Shown: positions 11,950-20,947 of the stretch, piece after piece
Position numbering within the stretch: position 1 is the first letter of the stretch
Layout: each line of letters starts with the position of its first letter
Source of the DNA: an uncultured Parabacteroides sp.
GTDB lineage: Bacteria > Bacteroidota > Bacteroidia > Bacteroidales > Tannerellaceae
Length of the DNA: 62,137 nucleotides
NCBI GenBank assembly: GCA_937890135.1
Contig: CALBYC010000211.1
Span: 1-62,137, forward strand
Direction: 5' to 3'
Notes under the pieces: model-generated
The model's database searches: none
Told to the model about the DNA's origin: nothing
What the model saw: the letters and a program-made list of their open reading frames with translations, nothing else
Made by a program: the position numbers and the translations under genes

Positions 11950-12020
11950 GTTATATTGTACTAATTGAATTAAAAATGCTGTTTTCTAAGGGCAAAGTTA
12001 TGAATTTACTCGGAAAACAC

Positions 12021-12065
12021 AAAAAATCCCCGCCTTGGAGCAGGTTTTGCTGCCAAAGCGGGGAT
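12021..12065 (-). terminator. Intrinsic terminator after the SusD-like gene
   Basis: ATCCCCGC...GCGGGGAT stem followed by a T-run on the minus strand. Confidence 0.7.
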
Positions 12066-12106
12066 GCTTATTGTCTGGGATGTGCAGGACATCCCTTGTC
12101 GGCGAT

Positions 12107-13672
12107 TTAAACAGTCGGTTGAGGAGCTGCAGGGTTGTTCTGGTCGTCAGAAATACCTGCGTTCGTGTTCATTTCGCACTGCGGGATACGGTAAATCATG
12201 ATTTGTGATTCCGGTTCGATGCGATACTGCACGATGGCTTCGTAATTGGAATCCTTGCGGTCGATCGGTTTCTTCAGGCGCAAAATGTCGTACAACCCGA
12301 AGCCTTCACCCCAAAGTTCCATACGGCGTTGCAACCATACTTCATCCTGAAATTGTGTTGCCGAGGTTGCTGTGCTCTTGAATTGCGGGTCGCGGTAGGT
12401 TTGGACGAAAGATTCCAATGTGGATTTGCCTTTTGCCAAGTTGCCGCCCATCGCTTCCGCTTCCGCCTTAATCAGGTACATCTCTTCCACGCGCATCAAA
12501 GGCCAGTCCGAAGCGTTGGTCGGATTGCCGATAACGTTTTGGTAGGCTCCGAATTTGACGTTTGTATAAGGTGACATGCCGAAGTCGTCTATGTCCTTTT
12601 TGCTGACCAATGTGGTCGTTCCTTCCGGAGAGACGAACCACTGTTTGCGGATGTCCGAAGCTGGAATCATGTCATAGAGTTTGCTGCTAGTGCTGCGCCA
12701 AGCACCGACCAAGGTCGTATAGCCGTTGCCGGTCAATGAGCACAAGTGTGACGGCCAGTTGATGATACCGGTCGTTACGACGTCGTTGTCTTCCGTGATT
12801 AATACACCCCACAACCAGGATGAAGCTGAGGCGGAGTTGAATGTCGGAACGGATACCTCTGCCAATGACTGGGGCGTGCCGCCGGCGATGGCTGCTTCTG
12901 CATCGGCTGCCGCCTCATTCCATTTCTGCATGATCAGATAGGCACGGGCGCGCAAGCCATGAACGACGGCTGCATCGATTTGGTCTTTGTTACTGCCGCT
13001 TTCATAATCTTCGCCCATCAATTCCAATGCTTGGTTCAAGTCTGAAATGATTTGGTCGTAAACCTGCTGGACTGTAGCACGGGGATTGTTTTGCAGCTCT
13101 TCGTCCGTCATGGTTTCTGTGACGATAGGCACGCACAACGCATTCTCGTGTCCTACGTAAGTGAATTGGTATAGCTGTGCCAAGTTCAGGTAGTCGTAGG
13201 CGCGGGCTGCTAAAGCTTGACCGCGGTAGATTTTCATCGTGGCATCATCTGTGCCTTCGGTCAGTGCCAATACGCTGTTGGCTGCTTTCAAGTGATTGTA
13301 GAAAGTTTTCCAGATCAATTCGTCGTCGGTGCTGTCGTACACACGGTCTTCGAAGTTCTGGGCACGTTTGAACCAGTTGTAGCCGGAAGTGGTTACTGGC
13401 ATGTCCTGGCCGCTTTGGTCTATCATTTGGGCAATGGCTGCGACGCCGTAGTCGTTGTGATAGGTAGTGAGGTCGGTTGAAATCGTACCGAACATGTTCA
13501 ATTTGGCCGCCATGGCATTGACTTCTGCCGTAATCAGGTTCGGGCGTTTGTTGATGATTTCCTCTTTCTGGTCGCCTGTTACCTGCTCGCCTTCCGGAAA
13601 TTTGTCCAAGTCGCAAGAAGCCAGCATCAAAGCTGCGCTTGCGAATGCTAAATATTTATTTGAAATTTTCAT
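12107..13672 (-). CDS. RagB/SusD family outer-membrane lipoprotein
   Basis: Lipobox LASC; RAYDYLNL, LRARAYL, MRVEEMYLIKAEA, RRMELWGEG. Confidence 0.93.
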   Translation of the reverse strand: MKISNKYLAFASAALMLASCDLDKFPEGEQVTGDQKEEIINKRPNLITAEVNAMAAKLNMFGTISTDLTTYHNDYGVAAIAQMIDQSGQDMPVTTSGYNWFKRAQNFEDRVYDSTDDELIWKTFYNHLKAANSVLALTEGTDDATMKIYRGQALAARAYDYLNLAQLYQFTYVGHENALCVPIVTETMTDEELQNNPRATVQQVYDQIISDLNQALELMGEDYESGSNKDQIDAAVVHGLRARAYLIMQKWNEAAADAEAAIAGGTPQSLAEVSVPTFNSASASSWLWGVLITEDNDVVTTGIINWPSHLCSLTGNGYTTLVGAWRSTSSKLYDMIPASDIRKQWFVSPEGTTTLVSKKDIDDFGMSPYTNVKFGAYQNVIGNPTNASDWPLMRVEEMYLIKAEAEAMGGNLAKGKSTLESFVQTYRDPQFKSTATSATQFQDEVWLQRRMELWGEGFGLYDILRLKKPIDRKDSNYEAIVQYRIEPESQIMIYRIPQCEMNTNAGISDDQNNPAAPQPTV

Positions 13673-13695
13673 AAGATGAATTCTCGTTTAATGGA

Positions 13696-16600
13696 TTAGA
13701 AATTCAATGAAATGCCGCCGGAGATTGTACGGATCGGTGAATAAACGTTCTGTGCGTTCAAGTAGCTCTGGCGCGGGTCCATACCTTTGCGTGCAGTCAA
13801 CAACGCTACGTTGTCTGCCACCATGTAGAGGCGGATGCCGTCAATCTGGATTTTGCGTGTCAAAGTCTTCGGCAAAGTGTAACCGAATGTGATATTCTGC
13901 AAGCTCAGATAGTTGGAGCTAGTCAACCAGCGGTCTGATTTGTAGTTCGTGCCGGATGAGTCTTGGACGTTACGGCGCGGAACGTTCGTGTTCTTGTTTT
14001 CCGGAGTCCAGCGGTTCAGCATGTCCACGTGCAAAGCTTCTCCTTGGGATGTCCCGCCCATCAAATCCTGATAGGTATAGTCCCAAATGCGTCCGCCCAA
14101 CTGGTAAGCGAATGAAACGGAGAAGTCAAATCCGTATGCGGTCACGCTGGTCCCGAAGCCGCCATATACCTTTGGCAGGATGTCGCCCGTGGCAAAGCGG
14201 TTTGACGCTGCTTCCGTAAAAGACTTGGTCGTTGTTTCGCCGTTCGCATTCGGTTCTTTCAATGCCCACATGCTCTCGCCGGTTTCTGGGTCTACTCCTA
14301 CGAATTTCGGCAAATACAATTGGTACATGGATTCGCCTTCACGATAGATGCGGTTACCATCAATCAATTCGCCGTTCAACTCAGGGGCCAGCTCTTTAAT
14401 CTTGTTCTTGAAGTGTGTCAAGTTCAGGTTGATGTCCCAAGTGAGGTTCTTGGTCTCGATAAGATTAGAGCGTAAGTCCAATTCAACGCCACGGTTGACC
14501 ATGGACCCGATGTTTTCCGGATAGCGGGAGTAACCCATGGATGCCGCTACCGGCTTGAAGTAAAGCATGTCCGTTGTCTTACGTGAGAAGTATTCGGCGG
14601 AACCGCTCAATTTGCCTCCCCAGAAAGTGAAGTCGAAACCGGTATTGAAACTGTGGGAAGTTTCCCAGGTGATGTTTTCGTTGCCTTTATAACTCAAGGA
14701 TGTGGAGAAGTCGCCGTTGCTGTTTGACAAAATGTACTGGTCCATGTACGGATAGTAGTTACGTTCTGTGCTGCCTTCATACAACAACGCATCGTTACCT
14801 TGCATACCGTAGCTGATTTTGAACTTCAACATGTCAATCCAGTCTTGGTTCTCCAAGAAAGACTCCTTGTTCATCAACCAACCCGCACCGAATGACCAGA
14901 AGTTACCCCAGCGGTGGTCTGGATGGAAGACGGAGGAAGCGTCGCGGCGGTAAGAGGCGGAACCGAAGTACTTGCCGTCATAGTCGTACTGTGCGCGGAA
15001 CAACCAGCCTTCCGTTGCGTATGTCCTGGAATAAGAGGAGTTGTTTTGGTTCAGGATGGCATTGTCCAATTCGTAAACATCCGGGTTGTAAAGCTTCTCT
15101 CGTTTGCCATACAGGTAAGAATATCTGTAGTTGTAGTTCTCATGACCCGCCAGGATGTCCAAGTTGTGAATATCGTTGAAGGTCTTATTCCAAGTCAACA
15201 GATACTGCTGGTTGACGCTGAATGTGCGGTAAGTAGTCAAATAGATGATGCCGCCGACACCTGAAGTCTCGGAATACTGCCCGTAATAGGGGTTGTTCAA
15301 GCTGCGGTATTGGATGTTGTTGTTGTCCACACCTATGTTGATTTTCGCCTTGACACCGCCCCAAAGGTCGATGTCCGCGCCCCATTTGCCGCTGAACACG
15401 TCACCTGCGAAATTACGCTTGTCCAAGATATAGCTTGCCAACGGGTTGCCGTTAGGAATGACATTCTCACGCTTGAAGTTCGTGTCCGATCCGTAGTCGT
15501 AACGGGTGAAGCCGCGGTTGTCTTTCATGATGTTCCCGTTTGCATCGCGGATATACATCGGATAGATGGCTCCCATGATATTTGCGGCGTAGAAGGCGTT
15601 ACCATTGGAAGTGTCGCCTTCCAAGTCCTTCTCGCGGCTGTCATAATGCGTGTAAGACATGTTGCCGCTCAGTTTCAACCATGGCTTGACTTGGTAGTCC
15701 GCTTTCAAACGGGCCGTGTAACGCTTGAACCCTGATTCCGGGACGATGCCTTTGTCGTTCAAGTAGCCGGCAGACATATAATAGTTCATCTTGTCGGATG
15801 CGCGCTGACGTTCAAGTTATATTCCTGGCGAGGGTTTGTCTCGAACAATTCATCGCTCCAGTTGTCCGGAGTATAATAGTAAGTGCCGTCGGAATAGCCC
15901 AGCTTGGCATTCGGGTTCAGTTTGCCGTCCATCCCGATGAGCTGTTCGCCCTCGGGAATCGTATAAACTTGGTAGCCCAGATATTTGCTGGATAACATGG
16001 CTTGGTTGGCATAAGCATTGGCGGCAGCCAAGTCTCCGTTGGCCAAATATTTCTTCAAGTCACCGTTATAGATGGATTCATAGCTCAATTCATAGAATTT
16101 GCCCGGGTCGGTGATGGTTTCGTATGAAGGGACACCGCGCTTGTTGACACCCCATTTTGCATCGAAGTTCACGCGGGCTTCACCGCTTTTTCCTTTGCGG
16201 GTCGTGATCAAGATGACGCCATTTGCGCCACGCGCACCATACAACGCATTGGAGGCGGCATCTTTCAATACCGTCATGGATTCGATATCCGAAGTACTGA
16301 TGGCAGAAATCTCGCCGTCGTAAGGCACACCGTCCACGACATAAAGAGGCTTGTTGTCGGCAGCCATGGAACCGATGCCACGGACACGGATGGTCGCATC
16401 CTTGCCCGGCTGACCTGTGTTACTGGTCGTTTGCACACCGGCAACCTGGCCTGTCAAGGCATTGGTTACGTTGGAAGTCTGACGTTGCGCGATCTTCTCG
16501 TTGCTGATCGTGGCGGCAGATCCGGTAAAAGCCGATTTCTTTGCCGTACCATAAGCCACAACCATCACTTCGTCCAAGTTTTGGGAGTCGGTCTCCAGGA

Positions 16601-16877
16601 CGGCATTGATTTTGGAAGAGACGTTGAACAGTTTGCTCTTCATCCCCACGTAAGAGATTTCCAAATGCTTGTGCTTGGTTGGAACATCCAATGTGAAATT
16701 TCCATCAAAATCGGTTACTGTACCGATTGTCGTACCTTTTACGATAACAGATGCACCAATTACCGGTTCTCCATTCTCATCAACCACGTGGCCGGTTACT
16801 TTGGTGTTCTGTGCTAATGCTGCGGACATACCCATCAACAAGCAGGCCGCAGTGGTCATTGTAAACCTTTTCATCAT
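13696..16877 (-). pseudogene. SusC/RagA family TonB-dependent receptor split by a 1-nt frameshift near 15803 (real lesion or sequencing error)
   Basis: ORF 15786-16877 has signal, CarboxypepD_reg-like and plug motifs (PLYVVDG, LKDAASNALYGARGANGVILITT); ORF 13696-15789 is the barrel ending SLNF; one added G gives continuous NVSGASDKMNYY. Confidence 0.88.
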
Positions 16878-17278
16878 AAATACACACTTTAATATTAAAC
16901 AATTATTCTTAAAACAAACCTAAAACACCATAGCTTTTTTCATAGCTACAGAAAACAATATAGTCTTTATAATCAATCTGTTCGTGCCCAAAAAACATCC
17001 CTGTTTTTGTTATTTCCCCGAAAAGAGGAAAATGCGAGCGCAAATATACGACAAAATCTGCTAAATTTCGACAAATTATAAAATAAATTGTCATGTTTCT
17101 GGAATATGTTTGTTTTATTTTGCCAAAATGTAGCAAAGTCTAAGCTGTGGCGGGTTCCTTTGCCCGTGTTTGCTGAAGCTTAATTTGATAAAAGATAGCA
17201 TAAATGGAAGATTTAATTGTCATTTTCCCGAATAATTATGTACTTTTGTTTCCATCGTTGAACCTAAATTCTGATAAA

Positions 17279-18130
17279 ATGAATTTTACTCGAAGAAAAT
17301 TTTTTAAACAAAGTTTTGCCGGGGCACTATTGCTTGGGTCTGCACCTTTGATGGGGGCGGGTTTGTCCATGCCTATAAAGCCGAAGGCGGCAAAATCCGT
17401 GAATCCGTTCCGTCTCGGCATGGCGGGATATACGTTCGTGCATTTCGACTTGGATACAACCCTCAAGACCTTGAAGCGGTTGGATGTACATTATTTATGT
17501 ATAAAGGATTTCCACCTCCCGTTTGATAGTACGGATGAACAAATCAAAGCATTTCACGAGAAATGTGCGGCATCGGACGTTACGGGATACGCCGTCGGCC
17601 CGATTTACATGAAGAGCGAAGCGGAAATAGACCGGGCTTTTGAATACGCAAAGCGCGTAGGTGTCAAACTGATTGTCGGTGTCCCCAATTACGAACTTTT
17701 GCCTTACGTGGACAAAAAAGTGAAGGAGTATGACTTCCATTATGCCATCCATCTCCACGGACCGGACATCAAGACATACCCGGATGCCACGGATGTATGG
17801 GAGCACGTGAAGGATCTGGATGCCCGCATCGGCATGTGTTTGGATGTCGGCCATGACTTGCGCAACGGTTGCGATCCAGTGGCGGACTTGGAAAAGTACC
17901 ATACCCGTGTGTTTGACATGCATATCAAGGACGTGACGGACTCGACGAAGGCCGGTCATGCCATCGAGTTAGGGCGTGGCAAAATCGATTTCGTCTCTTT
18001 GGTGAAGATGATGAGAAAGGTCAATTATACCGGTATGTGCAGTTTGGAGTATGAGAAGGACATGAAGGATCCTTTCTTGGGAATTGCCGAGTCTATCGGT
18101 TATTTCAAGGCGGTGAGCGATATCATCTAA
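17279..18130 (+). CDS. Tat-exported sugar phosphate isomerase/epimerase (xylose isomerase-like TIM barrel)
   Basis: MNFTRRKFFK Tat signal; CLDVGH, HIKD, GRGKIDF, SLEYE. Confidence 0.85.
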   Translation: MNFTRRKFFKQSFAGALLLGSAPLMGAGLSMPIKPKAAKSVNPFRLGMAGYTFVHFDLDTTLKTLKRLDVHYLCIKDFHLPFDSTDEQIKAFHEKCAASDVTGYAVGPIYMKSEAEIDRAFEYAKRVGVKLIVGVPNYELLPYVDKKVKEYDFHYAIHLHGPDIKTYPDATDVWEHVKDLDARIGMCLDVGHDLRNGCDPVADLEKYHTRVFDMHIKDVTDSTKAGHAIELGRGKIDFVSLVKMMRKVNYTGMCSLEYEKDMKDPFLGIAESIGYFKAVSDII

Positions 18131-18224
18131 AGGGGAGACAGGCACGGTACGGGGCTGCATGTGTGCACCAGTCCGTGCTTTTCTCCTGTATCCAACAGAA
18201 TTTCATGTGATAATTAGGCAGAGA

Positions 18225-19271
18225 ATGGGCAAGCATATCATATTTATGGGACTGTCTCTTGTGTTGACAGCGTGCGGGGGGATGAATTACGTGGGGATTG
18301 AGACCTGCAATCCCGGAGAAATAACATTCCCGAAAGAGGTGAAAAAAGTGTTGATGGTTAATAATGCTGTGGCACAACCGGAAAAGGAAGGGTATACCTA
18401 TACTTTGCTGGGTGTCAAGCAGGACACGGCTAAGGCAAGGGCGGATAGTGCGTTGTTCGATGTTTGTTCGGCATGTGGAAGGGGCATATTGAACGCCTCT
18501 TATTTTGATGATGTGCTCCTCCTGCATGATTTCCTGCAGGAGGGCGGGAGTCAGTTTGCCCATCTGAGGGATGAGCGTTTGAACGAAAGCCAGGTTGCCG
18601 CACTATGCGAGGCGAACGGGACGGATGCCGTCATCTCGTTGGATAAGATGCTGTTCAAGATGGACAGGCAGGTGACGAACATAGGGGCAGGCTTCGTTTC
18701 CGGAACTATAAAGGTAGAGATGAAAGGCATCATGCGGGCATACCTTCCCGGTCGTGACAAAGCTCTTGCCACTGTACTGCTTGAAGATTCCGTGGAGATT
18801 CAGCAATCGGCCGAAAGCATAAAGATATTGGACAACTATTTGCCTTCGCCGGAGAATGCGTTGCGCCTTGCCGGCGATTACCTGGGCGGCAAAGTCGCCT
18901 CGTATTTCGTCCCCCATTGGGACGAGGAGACACGTTGGTATTATAGCAATGCCAGTTCCCGTTGGAAAGAGGCGGCCGCATATGCCGCTTCCAGCAAATG
19001 GGACGAGGCCGGCGCTTTGTGGAAAAAATTGTACGAGAAGAACAAGGACGGGAAGACGAAAGCCAAGTTGGCTTCCAACATGGCACTGGCCAGCGAGATG
19101 GACAACCGATTGGACAAAGCGTATGAATGGGCGCAAATTGCCTATGATTCCTTTTGCGAAACAGAGGGCGACGATTCCAAAGACGCACTTTTGTTAAAGG
19201 CATATACGGAAGTCCTGAAGGGAAGAATACAATCTGATAAGAAACTAAATGCCCAAATAGGAAACAACTAA
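18225..19271 (+). CDS. Lipoprotein with C-terminal TPR-like helices (DUF6340-like)
   Basis: Lipobox LTAC; PHWDEETRWYY, WDEAGALW, ASNMALASE. Confidence 0.7.
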   Translation: MGKHIIFMGLSLVLTACGGMNYVGIETCNPGEITFPKEVKKVLMVNNAVAQPEKEGYTYTLLGVKQDTAKARADSALFDVCSACGRGILNASYFDDVLLLHDFLQEGGSQFAHLRDERLNESQVAALCEANGTDAVISLDKMLFKMDRQVTNIGAGFVSGTIKVEMKGIMRAYLPGRDKALATVLLEDSVEIQQSAESIKILDNYLPSPENALRLAGDYLGGKVASYFVPHWDEETRWYYSNASSRWKEAAAYAASSKWDEAGALWKKLYEKNKDGKTKAKLASNMALASEMDNRLDKAYEWAQIAYDSFCETEGDDSKDALLLKAYTEVLKGRIQSDKKLNAQIGNN

Positions 19272-19319
19272 TCCGATTTATTGTTACTTTTGGGGGATAA
19301 ATATAATAAGAAGGGAAAT

Positions 19320-19781
19320 ATGGGAACAAGTACAACTCAAATCCAGTCCGTATTGGAGACTCTGTTCATGGCAGCCATCGATAAAATGACCAATGATGCC
19401 GGTGGCAACTACATAAGCGACATCTATGTGCAAGCCGACCAGGAAACCGGAGAAGTGCAGATATATGACGAAGAGGAAAAATTGGTCGATAAGACGGTTA
19501 TATTTGATTGGGTGAACAATACGGAAGACGAAGAGGTTTTCGACAAGCGTGTTTCCGATCTGCTTCGTTCCGTTCTGGCCGGGTTAGTCACCAAAGAAGT
19601 TTTTGACAACCCTCGTTTCATCAAGCCCCTTTCTGTTAGTTTGACCGATGAGGATTTCGCGGTCATTGAGGAGTTGCTTTTCTTGGATGACGAGAATTTA
19701 CGTTTGGATGACCCTATTTTAAAAGATTTGGATGAAGATTTGGATGATTTTTTATCAAAACTTCTTTCAGATGTCAAATAG
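19320..19781 (+). CDS. Acidic hypothetical protein of Bacteroidales type
   Basis: Open frame with AT-rich upstream; DIYVQADQETGE and PLSVSLTDEDF; ends LDDFLSKLL. Confidence 0.75.
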   Translation: MGTSTTQIQSVLETLFMAAIDKMTNDAGGNYISDIYVQADQETGEVQIYDEEEKLVDKTVIFDWVNNTEDEEVFDKRVSDLLRSVLAGLVTKEVFDNPRFIKPLSVSLTDEDFAVIEELLFLDDENLRLDDPILKDLDEDLDDFLSKLLSDVK

Positions 19782-19823
19782 ATTTTGTACCTTTGCAACC
19801 GATTCAAGAAAACGACACGTGTT

Positions 19824-19896
<73 letters not shown>

Positions 19897-19900
19897 CATG

Positions 19901-19935
19901 AAAAGATGTACCGGCCATCCGGTGCATCTTTTTTT
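19901..19935 (+). terminator. Intrinsic terminator after tRNA
   Basis: AAAAGATGTACCGG-CCAT-CCGGTGCATCTTTTTTT. Confidence 0.85.
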
Positions 19936-19958
19936 GTATGGCGACATTGGCTGAATCC

Positions 19959-20060
19959 GACGATGGCGGCAGCTTCCGGGATTGGATGCGGCCGGAGGAA
20001 TGAAAGGCCGTGGCCGTTCGAGGAAAAGGCGGCAACCTTTTTGGGGAAAGGATACGATGG
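19959..20060. repeat. Degenerate 22-bp-period tandem array
   Basis: AAAGG recurs at 20003, 20025, 20047 (units AAAGGCCGTGGCCGTTCGAGGA, AAAGGCGGCAACCTTTTTGGGG); weaker units at 19959 and 19981. Confidence 0.6.
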
Positions 20061-20061
20061 A

Positions 20062-20517
20062 ATGAAAAAGTACGAATTGACATTGCCTCCATTCAATGCA
20101 AAGATAATCGGAGGGGAAGGACGGCGACAGATATTTGACCCGGTAAGGAAAAAGTATGTAGCTTTGACTCCTGAAGAATGGGTCAGGCAGCATTTTGTCA
20201 ATTATTTGGTCACGGCGAAAGGCTATCCGTTGGAACTGATGGCGAACGAGGTGCAGATACGGCTGAACCATACGGCCAAAAGATGCGATACAGTCCTTTA
20301 TGACAGACTACTGCAACCACGGATGATTGTGGAATATAAGGCCCCGACGGTAGAAATAACACAAGATGTATTTGAACAGATAGTCCGCTACAACATGGCG
20401 CTGCACGTGAAGTATTTGGTAGTGAGCAATGGCATACGCCATATATGCTGTGAAATAGACTATTTGAAAGGAAGCTGCGAATTTTTATCAGAAGTTCCTC
20501 TTTACTCTCTTTTGTAG
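20062..20517 (+). CDS. Stand-alone type I restriction enzyme HsdR N-terminal domain protein (PD-(D/E)XK-like)
   Basis: IFDPVRKKYVALTPEEWVRQ, RCD, IVEYKAP, QIVRYN, VSNG; start at 20062 because the longer ORF overlaps the tRNA. Confidence 0.85.
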   Translation: MKKYELTLPPFNAKIIGGEGRRQIFDPVRKKYVALTPEEWVRQHFVNYLVTAKGYPLELMANEVQIRLNHTAKRCDTVLYDRLLQPRMIVEYKAPTVEITQDVFEQIVRYNMALHVKYLVVSNGIRHICCEIDYLKGSCEFLSEVPLYSLL

Positions 20518-20529
20518 ATAAAGACGCTT

Positions 20530-20739
20530 TTATCTTGTGAAATTTTCCGTAAGGACATTGCTGTTCGGTTGAATGTACAGCATCGATACCGAGTCCGCTT
20601 GCTTTTTCAAGACGTTCTGCTCATAGGGAAGCGTGTCATTACCAGGCCTCAAATCCAGGTTTCCCTTGCTTCCTTCTTTGTCGAAAAAGAAAGAGTAAAC
20701 CAGCAATGCTCCGAAAAAAGATATAATTAATGACTTCAT
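20530..20739 (-). CDS. Small hypothetical protein with an N-terminal hydrophobic anchor
   Basis: 69 aa, MKSLIISFFGALLVYSFFF; fills the intergenic gap with AT-rich upstream. Confidence 0.5.
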   Translation of the reverse strand: MKSLIISFFGALLVYSFFFDKEGSKGNLDLRPGNDTLPYEQNVLKKQADSVSMLYIQPNSNVLTENFTR

Positions 20740-20947
20740 ACGTTATTTGTTTTTTAAATGTAACATTAACCATGATGACATTCAAACGAAAAATGCTGCA
20801 TGATTATTGTTTATTTTATCGGAAATAATTCCCCGTACTTTTTATAATTCGTATATTTGCCAAATAGATAGGATTCTATGAAACCTTTTGGTGAAGATGT
20901 GGTGAGGAAATATGAATAGGGGATGACATCCTTAAATAGTTATTGTT

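Noticed and set aside
15795..15810. Programmed frameshift or phase-variable tract in the SusC-like gene
   Set aside because: No slippery heptamer or long simple repeat at the junction
16880..17270. Invertible promoter upstream of the SusC-like gene
   Set aside because: No convincing inverted repeats flank the TATATTTG element at 17041-17048; only a weak GACAA-N13-TTGTC dyad
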